A stretch of 64,000 bases of DNA from Felis catus (lineage: Eukaryota), in NCBI RefSeq assembly GCF_018350175.1, contig NC_058368.1:75146001-75210000 (forward strand), in the 5' to 3' direction. This document shows, in pieces, positions 36,840-50,485 of the stretch (the stretch's first letter is position 1; each line of letters starts with the position of its first letter). The notes under the pieces were generated by a model, which searched no databases, was not told the DNA's origin, and saw only the letters and a program-made list of their open reading frames with translations. The position numbers and the translations under genes were made by a program.

Positions 36840-37400
36840 GGAAAGAGATTTGCAACATTAATAACAAATAGTTCATGCATAAAATATATCAAAAACTACT
36901 CAAAATCATTGTGAAAAATGCAATTAACCAAGTGGAAATACGAACAAATTATAACGTAAATAAATCGCAAAGAAGTCAGAAAGATAGGTAAGGACCAAAA
37001 GAGATCTGAGAATATATTGAAACAAGTTATAATCGTTCTCACTCAGAATGGAAAAAAAAATTAAGGAGTTATACATAGAAGACTGTTGAGAATATAGAGA
37101 GTTTGGCATTCTCATATCCGACTTAGGGAACATGATGTAGCAATAATTCTTGGAAAAACCATAAGTACTATCTGCTCTTTTTCAAAATGCATGTAGACTG
37201 AGACATGGCAATTCTACTGCAAAAATTCTACCGTACAAAAATATTGCCAGGAGAGTGCAAAGTTATTCTTATGAGAGTTTTTGGGGATAGAACTCTAAAA
37301 AATAATGAAAATGGAATCCCAATAATAATGGAATGGTGGTGCAGGCCTCCATACAGAGGAATGCCAGGAAGTTAGAGGAATAAGGAATTGCACTCAATAA
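36840..37400 (+). mobile_element. Old L1 (L1ME-like) fragment
   Basis: atttgcaaca...caattcttggaaaa...gcaattctactgc. Confidence 0.55.
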
Positions 37401-39074
37401 GACCACAGAAGAATAACAATAATACAGAGGACAAATCCCTGTAGAACAATCTAGAACAGTCAGTTGTAAGTATTCAGGAGAGAAGTCCTGGGAAAACAGG
37501 GAGTGGGGGAGTTGGAATGTTAGAGCACATGGCCAGGTAATGTCTATGGTAGAAGTGATAATGTGAAATGGGTCTACGTGTTACAGGGACTAATAGAGAA
37601 GGGGAAGGGACACTGGGATCAGGTAGGGAAGAGCTGAAGTTGAAACAGGATCATAGGGGAAGTAGATGTGAGGCAAAGATCAGAAGCCCCTGGTATACAG
37701 CCAAGTGCGCAGGGGGAGACTGGGCGGTCCAGGTGAGGGAAGGACAAGTCCAAAGACCAGGGCTGGCCTTGGGAACTGCAAGGACCAGTATGGTTGATGC
37801 TGTGCGCCCCAGCTGAGAGGCACGGATGTCCAGACAGCCAAAGGGATAAGCTTTGGGCAGATCGTGCTGGTCTTCAGGCAACTGAAAGTATTTCCTCCGA
37901 GGGAGACGGGAAGCCAGTGGAGAATTTTTTACTATCTGACTTTTATTCCCGGGTTGAAACATACATTTTAAGTGGAAACAGGAAAGCAGAGGCAACTGTA
38001 ATAATCAAGGAAAGACATGCAGGCCACCGGGGTCAGGGTCTGAAGCCCCAGGGGTGGGGAGCCGTGGTCAGATTCTGGCTGTCACGCGGAGGCAAAACCA
38101 GGAGAATGTTCTGGAAGGTGCGACGACTGGAGGGACATAAAGAAACGGGTCTGTGGCCTGAGTGACAACAACGGAGGCACCGTGGACAGAGAGAACAGTT
38201 CGAGGAGCCAGCAGGGGAGGGCATCTGCATGAGGTTGTGCAGACTGTCCCCTGTACAACGTTTCTCCAGCCATGGCAGTGAGTGGTGAGTATGGTAGAAA
38301 TCCCCAAACCTTGCTCTTTGCTCCGGGCTGGTTTTTGCCAAAGTGCTTTTTCTTCTTTTGATATGGAAATGCAGTGTGCAGCGTGGTCTGCCTGCCAGCA
38401 GCCAAGGTTTTGGTGTGTATCTGGCCCCTTTGTTTGTTTCGTTTTTTTTTTTTTTTCCTAATTCACAAATCGCCATTGTGATTCAGGGGGTGTCCCTGAA
38501 GAAGGCCTCGAGGGAGAAATCAGGATGTACGCCACGTATTTTGACAAATGAAATTTGACATCTCTATTAGGCACGCATGTGGAGTTGTCAGGTAGGCGCC
38601 AGGAGTTGCTTGCGTGGAGGGGAGAGGCCAGAAACATACATTACAGGAATCTGGGGCTTCTCAGAATAAAATCTTATGATTGGATACGCTTCCCGAGGGA
38701 CTGGGCGCCTCATGATCAAGGGAGACCGAGTTTAATCTCTGCGGATGCCGACATTTGGATTTCAGGCAATGAGAAGAGGGCAAAGGATGCTGAGAAAGAA
38801 AAGTCAGCATACATACAGAATCTAAGCTCGCGCTTACAAAGTCTGCAGGAGACTCCAGCCTCTCATTTAAATGATACTTAAAAGTGAATTCCTCTTCATT
38901 AAAATCACTCACGTGAAATGTGAATGGGTTATGACCCTTTGCGAAATGACTATGACACTTGAGAAGTGGGCCGTGTGAATCCTGTCTGTTCCCCCCAATT
39001 GTTAAATATTGTTACAAGATACATGACTTGTGCTTTTAATATAAAACCAGAATGATTAAAATGATGACAAAATA

Positions 39075-39262
39075 TTTTATTTTATTATTAAGTTTATTCA
39101 TTTTGAGAGGAGGGGGGCAGTGAGGGAGGGGCAGAGAGAGAGAGAGAGAATCCGTGGGGTCAGCACAGAGCCGGAGTCGGGGCTCAAACTCACCAACCGT
39201 GAGATCATGACCCACTGGAGCTGAAGTCCGACGCTTAACCCACTGAGCCACCCAGGTGCCCC
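39075..39262 (-). mobile_element. CAN-SINE
   Basis: TSD gacaaaatat. Confidence 0.93.
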
Positions 39263-41849
39263 AAGGACAAAATATCTTAAGCTTCATGATATGAACTAGT
39301 ACAACTTAACAGGTTCTTTTTTACAAGATTAGACATGCATGTAGGTATTATGTGCATACCAATGTCTGTGTGCGCATCTTCTGCTTGTTTTGAAACCATC
39401 GATTGTTGGATCTGCTGTTGGCAATCTGCACAGCATACTGAACGAAACTTCGTAACACTTTAGCGTCCGGAGTAGGTTTGGAGTCCTGATTTAAGAAGAC
39501 ATCACCGTAAATTTCTACACAAAATGCTGTATCAAGCCTGTCTGTTCACATCTCCAAAGAACCAGAGTCCATGTTTTATACAGAACAAAGGGGCAATTGT
39601 TCTATTGAGCTAGACCTTGAAACCTGAGTAACGTTTGAGGAAAGTGACAGTCGGAAGTGAGAATGAAATTAATACTGCTCAAAAGTGGTTATCTGCCCAC
39701 CAGGAAAAATTGATTCAGCATGAATGTAGTAACTATTTATTTATCATCATTGCTACATACTTCCGATAACCTCCTCCCCAAAACTGTAAGAAGGACATTT
39801 TGTGCACATAAGTATATACTAAGAAAGTATTCATTATATTCTGAGAGAAAGAATGGTTATAAACTTTGTATCTGCTATGGAAAGTAGTTTATCGACTTGG
39901 CTGCTTACGCCCAAGATCTATTAAATGAGGAAAAGTGGAGTCCCACCACTTACGTAAAACCCAGAAGGAAAAGGTACTCTCTGCCTAAACGCTAATGTTG
40001 AAAGTATTGCAGTCAGATGTTTGTGTTTTAGAAATGATAGGGTTATAAATTAAACTTTCATTTCTACTTTAATTAAACACGTTTGGCAAACATGCATTTC
40101 ATGATTTGTCAGTTCCGAAGCCATGAACGTCAAAAACACTCCCACTGCCAGAGGTATCTATATAGACCTTGTTTACGACAGAAACAAGGACAGTGACCTG
40201 ACATATCAGTTTCTGATCAGAAACTCTGAAGAAAGGGAAGTTAATAATATTACTACAATTCAAGGTGATAAAACAGAGGTTCAAAATGCTTAAGGGATTT
40301 CTCTAAAATTTACAACCTTTAGCACAGGTGTTATCGAACCAGGTCCCGAGACGCCAAGTAAAACCAATGCCCTTGTATCACATATCCTGTGATATTTGAC
40401 CAAAATGTTGGTATGTGCCATGATCAGAGACTTATGCATCACACCTGTTATGAATGGCATTTGCCTAATTTCCAAAATCAAATTCATTCTCTAAACGTAA
40501 GATTTCCCACGAGTGATACTGTTTAAAGTTTCTTAAATACTCCTGAAAACAGTTATATCGAAAGAAATTTGGAGTTATTTTGGCAAATAAAAGCATGACA
40601 AAATAAAATATCACCTTTCAAGGTTAAAATATGGGAAGGATCGTACGTTTTTCACCTTGTGTGCTCTGATACATTGTCTACAAAGAAAAGTCATCACTAA
40701 AAATGCCCAGTTTCCATTTGTATCAGTCCACATGGGTTATGCACTTTCCTACACTTTCCAGAATAGAATATTGTACTGAATGACACCCAAGTGACCCAGT
40801 AGAGTTCATTTATCTACATTAGTGTCTAACTTAAAGCCAGGAAATGATTTAGGGGTTGACAAGAATAAAGACCAATATGAACTCTGTATATTAAGGAACT
40901 AAAACTCTAAAAAATGCAATTTTCCATTCCTTTACAATTTATAGAGCAACTATTCTTTCTGACTAGATAAGTAATATGAAAATCCCCAAAGTGAAAGAAA
41001 TGTATTTTAATTTCCTACATTAGAACTATATGTATATGACCATGATGAACATTTTGGTGTGTTTGTCTTTTAAAATTCTATCATATGAATGTTTCCTAAT
41101 TCCTATAAAAGTTCCTTCATCCTAATAGATTAGCTCATGCCTCTCATTTCTATTTGTCTGTTGGTTTGTATTTGCCAATCGCATTATCTGGAAATAACAA
41201 CTTTTCAAATGTTTAATTCCAAGATTTAGTTTCTTTTTCGGTGTTGTTACTGTTGTAGTTTTGTTATCGTAGCGTTGAAATGAACTTCCAGAACATACCA
41301 CAAATTCTGATAAACTTTGTACTTTAAAAGACATTCATTTTAGCTCAGACGTCATGAACCATTTATTTGCAATAGATATATCTCCCTTATTATGAAAGAA
41401 AATCTATTTGTAGCTAAAAGACTATTCTTTAGATATGGAATTTATTTTTTCTGTAGCTCCTACATTAACATAACTCCTGAAATCTCCCTTGACCTCCTAA
41501 TATAAAAAGTTCATATGGATTTCTGTCCTTTACACACAGTGTGTTTATCAATTGGAATCAAGAATGTATGATAATAGTTTTTATTATTAAAGTGATGTGA
41601 AGAGTTATTCTATGTGCTAGACTTTTGTTTAGGATTGAGCTCCTATCGATAAGTAAAAAAAAAAAGTAGCTTTTTCTTGTTTATTTTTCTTCTTATTAAT
41701 TCATCTTGGTTGAATCTTTTTCCTGGATATTATTTCTCTCCAATTAATGAAGATGACTTCTTTCTGTAGATTCTCTTCTCTCCCTGGTAGAGATTGAGTT
41801 TAGAGTGGAGATAGTCGTCTGAGTTTCTCTCGGCCCTTTTTTGGTTTAT

Positions 41850-42800
41850 TTACTTCATAAATGTATATAAGTGGAAATCTCAGTAGAAACAGGTGATACA
41901 AAGGTGAACATGACAATAAGTGGACCCTGAGGCAGGAGACTAAACAATCACACTGATAAATATACATTTTTTTTTTGGTCTGATCAAGAGGACAAGGGAG
42001 ATTTTTCTCTGAGGAAGTAAAAATAGAGTGAAAATCTGAAAGAAAGGCTGAGGTTAATCAAACCAAGTGAATTTGGGAGGTAGGGGTGGTCCTGAGAGAG
42101 AAGGAATATATTTTAAAACCCTAAAGGAGAGAACAAGGAAAGAGCAGAAACTCAGGCAAAGCCAGTGTGCCCGGCATATGCAGAGGGTGCCGAGATACGA
42201 TTTGTCACCAGTTGGATTTAAGGAGCACACTAGGTCCTGTTAATGAGTGCCATCTTTATGAAAGTTTTGTGTTTGTTGTTGTTGTTCTTTGAGGTGGGGG
42301 TGGAAGACGAGAGAGGGCGAGAGAGAACCTTAAGCAGGCTCCACACTCAGCCCAATGCTGGGCTCAATCTCATGACAGTGAGATCATGACTTGAGCCAAA
42401 ATCAAGAGTCAGATGCTTAACTGACTGAGCCATTCAGATGCCCCCTGAGTGCCATCTCTAAGTAAGAGCAATGAAGTAAAGCCACTGTGCATGTAAAACA
42501 GTGAGTGACATTCTCCAATTTGCTTTAAGAAGTTCACTCGGTACAAAAATAGTAGAGGGACTGGAAGAGTCTTGACTGTAGGGTTGAATGCAAGGTTAAA
42601 GCATGGTGCTTCGGTAATTCAGGAGATACAGCATGTTAACTGGGAATCCAGCGTTAGTGTTGGCATCAGGGACACTGGCATGCATGGCTGTAGAAGGGAC
42701 GTGCCACAGAGAGGGGTTGTAAAGATAAGCACTACTTATCTGGCTCGAGGAACTGGAGGATGGGAACCATGCACGGATGCGTGCTGTACAGACAGAGGAC
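41850..42800 (-). mobile_element. L2 remnant containing a SINE
   Basis: Purine-rich antisense L2 text (tctctgaggaagt...gccagtgtg...gaagttcactc). Confidence 0.5.
42256..42445 (-). mobile_element. CAN-SINE (older)
   Basis: TSD tgagtgccatct. Confidence 0.92.
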
Positions 42801-42859
42801 CTAATCAGAAGGGGCCATCATGAGTTGAATTCTAGATGTTGCAACAGAGGCTTCTCATC

Positions 42860-43335
42860 GCTTATTTGGGACCCTTCTTTTTCTGAACACTACCTTGTTT
42901 TTGTGAGGCTCTATTACCATATGTGGGTAAAAACTCGATTTTCCATACCTCCATGCATCTAGTGGTAGCAATGTTAATGTATTTCTGGCCAATGAGATAG
43001 AAATTGAAGTTACTGCCAGAGCTTCCAGAAAATTGTTATTCTTCCCATTAGTAATGAACATTATTTCCACATGCTTTTTGTCCTTCTTCCTTTCCCTTCC
43101 TCTTGCTTGAATAAAGATGCATCCCTCGAAGGAGAAACAGTCATCTTATAACCATCTGAGACAAGCCACGCGTTAACGGCAGCTCAGCATGACCAAAGAA
43201 GGAACCTAGAACTTTGCCCAAATGCAGGAGCACTGGACTGTCTGCCCTTGGAGTTTTTATTGCCTGAAAAATATCACTTCCTTATTGAACCTACACTTTG
43301 TTTAGTCTTGTTACATGTGACTGACAACCCTCCTA
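42860..43335 (+). mobile_element. MaLR LTR (MLT1I/J-like)
   Basis: ttctggccaatgagat...gcttccagaaa...gtcatctt...ctgttacatg motifs. Confidence 0.65.
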
Positions 43336-45437
43336 ATTCTCGTTGCCCTGTTTGAGGCATCATCCAAGTGAGGGTATCTGGAGACAGGATGGACATTCAT
43401 TTCTGGGAGCTGAGCGTGGGCTGCACAGAAATTGATGGGGGGGGGGGAGGTGGGGATCGTGAGCAGTTGGTGAACAAATACCCAGCTGTAGATGAGATTG
43501 CAGAGGGAGAAAGTCCAGGGCAAGAATGCCTATGAGGGAGGATGTATTGACTTACAAGATTTATTGAATAGTTAGGGGAGCAAGAAATTTTAAAGGCAAT
43601 GGAGTTACAGTCAAAGCATTAGAAAGAACATCAAGAATTCCCATTTTGCACACTTCTCCCTGATTGGTCTGCCAGATGGCACCTTCACTGTGCGGTTCCT
43701 CTGCTTAAATGTCTATGATCGCTCTTAATTGTGTACCGTATCATCATTTAATGAAGCTGAATGATTTAACACCTTTTCCCTTCATTCTCTAATGACACCA
43801 AATATTTTTACTCTGCTTTCTTAACTACTTCCTAGTTTGTTTGTTTTTTCTTGTTCCATCAATTCAGTGTGCCTTTCCTCACATGCTGTGTATTTTGTAT
43901 CGTCCTCTTTACCTGAAATGTATTATTCTCCACTCTACTTTTCCAAATACCACCAAGAAGTCTTTACTCAATTCCCACCTCCTCCATAAAGCTCTCTTCA
44001 GTGGTCTGATCCAGCCTCTTCTCTTCTCCTATGGCCCAGAACCCTTGAAAGTTTTCATCACACAGTCTTGAGAGTTAATGATATGTGTTGTTCACTCACG
44101 GTTTCATGAATATTTATTGGATCTCCCAAGCAGATTTTAAGCACTCTGTGTTTTATTTCTCTTTTGTATCATTAAAAGTATTTAGCAAAATTTTACCCAA
44201 GGGAGGCTTGCTCTGCTAGGTTGGAAAAATGTTGATTTAGAAATTCCCCTGTACTCCAATCCATGGGATTTGCCCCTATACGTTACTCTTCCCAAAGCAT
44301 TTCTTGGATTCTCCAAGGCCAAGTACTTTATTAAGAGCACTATGGTTCACTTATATGCCCTGTTTCTCAGACAAAGGCTAGTATGTCCCACAGAAATATA
44401 GGAGAGGCTCCACATTACTAATATTGTGCTTAGGAGTAGGACATGATGGTAAGGAATGATCCTCTGTAGGGCTGGGGATAAAAAGCATGCTTTTGCCAGT
44501 TCATTCAGAACCAACCAAGCACCAAAGTTTGTCCGAAGACCACATTCAGTGCAGGAGCTTCAGCTGGAACAGCGCTTGGGTACACAGAAGTTCTTTATCA
44601 TGCACGTTACCCTTTGAATTTCATAGGTACAAAGCAAATTGTTGAGTGGGCATGCAGTGGAGACCACAGCTCCTGTAGACTTCAGATCTTTGATGTTGCC
44701 CTAATTGTGCTATTTCTCCTGAGATGTAGTATTATTTCTGCTGTGCCATCTTGCCTGGAGACAGAAAGCTTCAGGGATTTCCCCATGGTCTTCCCACCAT
44801 ATTAAGTCACTCCAGAGGTCAGGGAACCAAAGGAAGTGAGTTGGTTGCCAATCAGCTGCGGAGAGTATCCACAATTATGCTCACACGGGTTGGGAAATGA
44901 CCACATGGAGATATGTGGTCCCATCGGACTCACTTTAAATGAACCTTAGCCAGGGCTCAATGATGTGGCTGGCCCCCACACCAGTAAATTCTAGATTGTC
45001 AGAGTAAAATGAGTGACCACTGGTGGGTCCTCTGGTCTCACGTAATAGAGCAAAGCTAATATCTTCCTGCTTGCCTCTTGAGCCTTGTTTCAATAATATA
45101 TAAAAATGTTTTCAACATCATTACTCCATTTTTCCGTAGCTTACAGTCACGTCCGAGCTTCAAGAAATAATACAAACAGCTGATTAGGACCCACATCAAG
45201 TATTCTGCCTGGGATATCCAAGCCGGAGTTACTAAATTGACTTCAAGTGGCCCATATCAATATATTCTCCTCTTTCCAGCATTATGTTCTATACCCCGGT
45301 CAGCAACCCCGATACCACCCTAAAACATGCTGCGTTGCATGCCTCCTGGTTCATATTAGCTACATACATCTTTTCCCTCTCAGAATCAGGACGCTGTTCC
45401 CTTGCACAGATTAATATTTAATCTTCTCCATCTAGAG

Positions 45438-45597
45438 CAGTGATTTTTCCAATCAGCACTGTCAGCAAAACCTGGGAACTTATTGGAAATGCAAGCTCTC
45501 TGCCGACCCAAGACCTACTCTGGGGTTGGGTCCTGGAAATGATCTTGTTAAGTCCTCTAAGTGACTCTGATGGAGTCTAAAGTTTGAAAATGAACAG
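45438..45597. mobile_element. MER5-type hAT-Charlie MITE
   Basis: cagtgattt...acctgggaacttattggaaatgca...ccaagacctact...gtgactctgatg...aagtttgaaaa. Confidence 0.75.
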
Positions 45598-45605
45598 GTT
45601 GAGAT

Positions 45606-45806
45606 CAGTGGTCAGCACACTATGACCCAGAGGCCAAATCCCATCTGCTGCCTGTTTCTGTGTGGCCTGTGGCCTAAATATGGATTTAACATTTTTAAAT
45701 GGCTAGAGAAATGACCACATCATGATATCCATCTTTGCCTTTTGGCCCACAAAGCCAAAAATAGATATAGTTTTGCTGTTTACAGAAAAAAGTTCGCCAA
45801 CCCGTG
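45606..45806 (+). mobile_element. MER58-type hAT-Charlie MITE
   Basis: Imperfect TIRs cagtggtcagcacact ... agttcgccaacccgtg; tttacagaaaaagtt. Confidence 0.8.
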
Positions 45807-46553
45807 GTCAAGTGGCAAGGTGGAAAGATCAGACGGACTACGGAGAACAAAGGTCATCTTGTAAGACATCTGTTAGGACAACTCTTTACATACATGACTG
45901 CCACCTGAAGAGAGGAAGCTCTCTTCCACCAACAGAAAGGGAGCTCAGTGACAACTGGAGGCAATTGGAGATTTTCAGATTTGCCCACCCTAGTAGTGTG
46001 CCCCTTGCACACTAGGGCCCCCGTCTTACCTTATCAGTGCCTTTGATGTAGCTAGGGAGACCTATGAAGTGTTGTGCTTATATCTTTGCAATCCTTCCAA
46101 TTAAATCTGGGACCTGATTTCAGCACATGAAGACAAGGGCCTTTTGAATGACGTCGTAGAGGTTTCTGATCTTCATCATCTGCTTTGAATTGAGGGCTCA
46201 ACTGAGCCTGCCATTTTCTATTTTGCAGGTTTCAAAGCCATTTAAAAACTCTGTTCACTGCCCATTCCTAAGCTGACTATTGGCTGGGAAGTTGAAAACT
46301 CCCATCGTTCCTCAGTTCAAGCCACCAGCCTTAAGAGCTCTGTGATTGTGGTGTTGTGGCCTGCCGGACCAGACTTCTACCCCACGCCACCAACAGCGGG
46401 TCCCCATGGCTACGGGATCAGCGAGCGCTCCAATCCCTGAACACCTCTCTCCGTCTTTGTCCATGGCCACCTGCTGCTACTCCAGTTGCCTTATGTGTGA
46501 TTCCATCCAGGTGCAGAGATGAAGCTGAGAATCGGGTGTGAATCTTTTATTTT

Positions 46554-46779
46554 GTTTATGGTTTTTATTGGTTTAAATTATTTTTAACGTTTATTTATTT
46601 TTGAGAGAAAGACAGACAACACTGAGAAGGGGAGGGGCAGAGACAGAAGGAGACACTGAATCTGAAACAGGCTCCAGGCTCTGAGCTGTCAGCACAGAGC
46701 CCAACTCGGGGCTCGAACTCATGAACCATGAGATCATGACGTGAGCTGCAGTGAGACACGTGAGCTACCCAGGTGCCCC
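46554..46779 (-). mobile_element. CAN-SINE within a probable ERVL LTR (~46500-47140)
   Basis: TSD tgaatcttt(t)tatttt. Confidence 0.93.
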
Positions 46780-47334
46780 TGAATCTTTTATTTTACAAAA
46801 TTAAGGTCACAGAACAGGAGTGGCAGAGTGAGAAAGGGAAAGTGAGAAGGAGAAATGGCTGATCAAAGTTCTGCTACTGATTTCATTCCTGCTGTGGGCA
46901 CTAGGGTCTCAGACCCAGGGGGACCTGGCAAGAACAGTGCACTCTAGGAGTTTTTCCACAAAATAAGGAAGAGTAGGGCATTTATACCCTGGCCCCCATC
47001 ACCTATTGGTCAAGGAAGATCCCAGCCAGCCTAACTCTAGATTTGAGCAGGGGTGGACATAACCGAGCAACTTTTGGAGGAAGTGTAGCTACAGAGGTTA
47101 CAAGATGTAACCGAGGTGAGATCTTACCAGGCTACACTGGAGGCCTCTGGTCACATCACGATAGACCTCTGTGATGGCGCGACCAGAGACGTAAGCAAAG
47201 AGATGAGATGGAGAAGAAAAGATACGTGGCATAGGAGAGAAAATGTCTTTAGGCCTGCAGGAGCAAATAAACACCTCAGAACACTGCTGTCTTTAAATGA
47301 ACACAGTAGTATATGGCTACTCCCTGACGCTCTC

Positions 47335-47810
47335 AGCTGGACTTGCTTCCTGCTGTAACAAATCTCATGGTTCATGAGTTCAAGCCCCGCGTCGGGCTCT
47401 GTGCTGACTGCTCAGAGTCCGGAGCCTGTTTCAGATTCAGTGACCCACTGGCCAACACCAACAGAAATTTATCCCCTCACAATTTTGGAGTGCAGAATTC
47501 CACAGTCAAGGTGGCCGACCCGGGCTCCTTACGGAGGCTCTGAGGAGAATCCGCTCCTGGCTTCTTCCACGTTTTTGGTTATTTCCTGGCTCACGACTCA
47601 ATCTGTCCAGTCTTCAAGGCCAACTTAGTTGAAGTTCTCTCTGTTCGATCTTCAACTTCTCTGTATGTGCGGGGTAATCCTACTTCCCTCTTGTCAGGGT
47701 AAATGGGATTACATTTAAAACACACCTAGATAATTGAAGATATCCATGGCGGCACTTACAGCTTCCAGGGATTATGGCCTGATACCTTTGGGAGCCATTT
47801 TCTAGCCTAG
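47335..47810 (-). mobile_element. MaLR LTR (MLT1-type)
   Basis: ctgctgtaacaaat...caacagaaatttat...ctcacaattttggag...tcaaggtg...ggaggctctgaggagaatcc. Confidence 0.75.
47362..47442 (+). mobile_element. Internal CAN-SINE fragment with no head, tail or TSD
   Basis: atctcatggttcatgagttcaagccccgcgtcgggctctgtgctgac...gagcctgtttcagattc. Confidence 0.88.
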
Positions 47811-50485
47811 TACGTTTTCCATTCTCAAACAATCGCCAGGGCCAAATTTAAGTTCTGAGCAAACTGGACAATATCCTATGTTGAGTGCCTATTTCATTTT
47901 CTTAAAACTTAATTCTAAACTTAGTTCATCTTAATATTTTATTTAAAAAGATTTAAAAACACATGTATTAAGACGCTAAGACGTATTTCCAGAATTTACT
48001 CCTGCCTTTTATAAAACTGACCAACAGGAGATAAACGCTGTTTTTACCATGAGCTGGTGTTAGGTGATTAATGGTGTCACGTGACAGAAATTTGATGACC
48101 CCATTTACCAAGAAATGGCAACTAGGAAAGTAAAAAAAAAAAAAAAAAAAAATGCTAAGCAGCATAAATGTTGCACAGAACAGACAAAAGGATAAAAGAA
48201 AGAGAAAACCCTCAAGAGCCACAGTAAAACAAAAAAAAGAAAAGAAAAAAAATTGTCTACTTCTTAGCCAATAGAAGACATTTTTCCTAGAGAAACTTTA
48301 CTTCAGCCTCATCGTGAGTAGTTACATATTCGCGCAGTAAAATTATTGTCAAACTCTCATGCGAAATTGTGCTGAAAAACTTATATTATGAGGAGATGTT
48401 TCTTAGCAATTAGTGAAAGATTTTAAATTGTCTAGTACCGATAAATATAGTCATTTATTAGTTGTGTTTTTAACCATTTTAAGGAAGAGACCATTTTCAC
48501 TGAAATCATTTTTCATCTCTGAAAATATTATTTTTAAATACTTTCCTTGTTACACTTAAAATAACCTGCATATATTTGGGCAGTGCTCTTCTTTATGAAG
48601 GCCTTTTTTTAATTCCCCAAAGAGGGTATAATGTATCATGGTGACTGTCGTGGCAAGGTTACTTTTTATTCTTCCACATGTGCAAAAGCCCACATAAATT
48701 CTTAGCACGGAAGTCACAACTGTTTCGGATTGTTAGGCCATCTAAGTTTCTTTCCGATCTCCCTAAGCATTGTTGTATATTCCCTATTTTTAACTATGAG
48801 CTTAATCATGCAAAGGACGATAAAATTCAAGATATTTCATTGAAATCACAGAGATAGTTATGAATTAAATTTATACTATAAATTAATAAGCGGTTACAAG
48901 TGCCAAGTTAAATTTGAAAGTTAGAGACCTTTGCATTATTTTTAAAGGTGTATTTACAAGTCCTGAAGAAAAAATAAACAATGCAAATACGTCCCATATC
49001 TGGTTCAGTTATAACTATAACTACAGAGCGTGATTTTGTGCTTATTGGGTTAATAGATGGTGTGTAGTGGTAATTAAAGAGTACTTACGAAGCCTGAATA
49101 ATTGAACATCCAGCTGTTGTGGTTGATTTTGATATGGGTATAGGGAGAGGGGAGGTGGTGTTGTTGCAATATTACAAAGGACCATTTCCAGATGGTGGGA
49201 ACCCATCCTCGGCCCTTTGGGCATTTCCAGGACATCTGGCAAGCCATATGAATCAGACAAGATGAAGGGAAAAGGCGAGATGCTTGAATACGAACGCCTT
49301 CTGATTGCATCAAGGCTTCCTTGGGAAGCTCAAATATTGGGTAGAATTTAGAAAAAGCTGTCTAGCAGGGGCATATTATCTGTTATAAACTGGGGGCTCT
49401 TTGAGGGCAAGGACTGGTCTTATTTCATATTTTGTCATGAGCACCTAGACCAACACTTATAGCGGTATATTGTTACTTCTTACCCTGCTTGGTTAAGACT
49501 ATTTAGAATGATCAGCATGGTGCCTGGCAAGCAAAATAATTGTCCAATAATGATTTAATAATTTCATTTGTCCAATAATTTCATTTCATCATAATTGTCA
49601 GATCATTTCATTTAAATAATTAAATCTTTGAAAAATATATAAACCATCTTATATCTAAAGTGCATTCCCATACAAATGATTTATGGTTTCCTGTAGATTT
49701 TGATGCTAAAAAAGAGTCCCCTATAACCATCTACTTGTTTACTCGAGGCCAAAAATGAATTCTCTGAGTACCTGGAAAGAAAGATATCTTTATAACAGAA
49801 CAAAGAAAACCCCAGGTAAAAACAACAGTGATGGGAATAATGAAGGGGGATTTTGCTGACTTCATTCTTTACTTTTGAGGCGAATCAATACCTTGGGGAG
49901 TGATTGTATCCCCAAATAACTCCAAATCTCAGAAAGCCAAATAGCTTCCTATTTTTTTCAGATCTTCTTTATTATTTGAGGCCAAGAGCAGTTATGTAAT
50001 TCCTGGAGAAGTGAGCAGACAGTGGGGAAAGTGCAGCATTCGCAGTGAGCAAGCATGTTAAGCCAATGTTTTCCCATTATCAGCTGTGAGACTAATGTTA
50101 GTTTCCCCAAGGCGGTCACCCTGTGGGTCCTTTAACTCTCAGCCTGTTTTTGTTTCTGTCTAGCATTTGCTTGTTTACTGTAATTATGAAGAAATATTTC
50201 TTACAGCAATACTTGGAGAATTACACTCTATTCTAAAGCGCGTTTGAAATGGAGAATACAAAATAGAAGTTAGCTATGATTAGTAGTAGTAAGTACAAAG
50301 TGGACCTGGAGTTTGAAAGAGAAGATTGTGAAGTGTGTCTTATGCTATTTGACATTCACCGATGCTCCCAGAGTACCAGAGTGTATTCATAGAAATCCAG
50401 CCGTAAAACTACCCCTCAACCCATCCATGAGCAAGAATCCTTCTTATGGTGAGAAGGAGGCAGAGAATCTTCTGGAGAGACAGAT

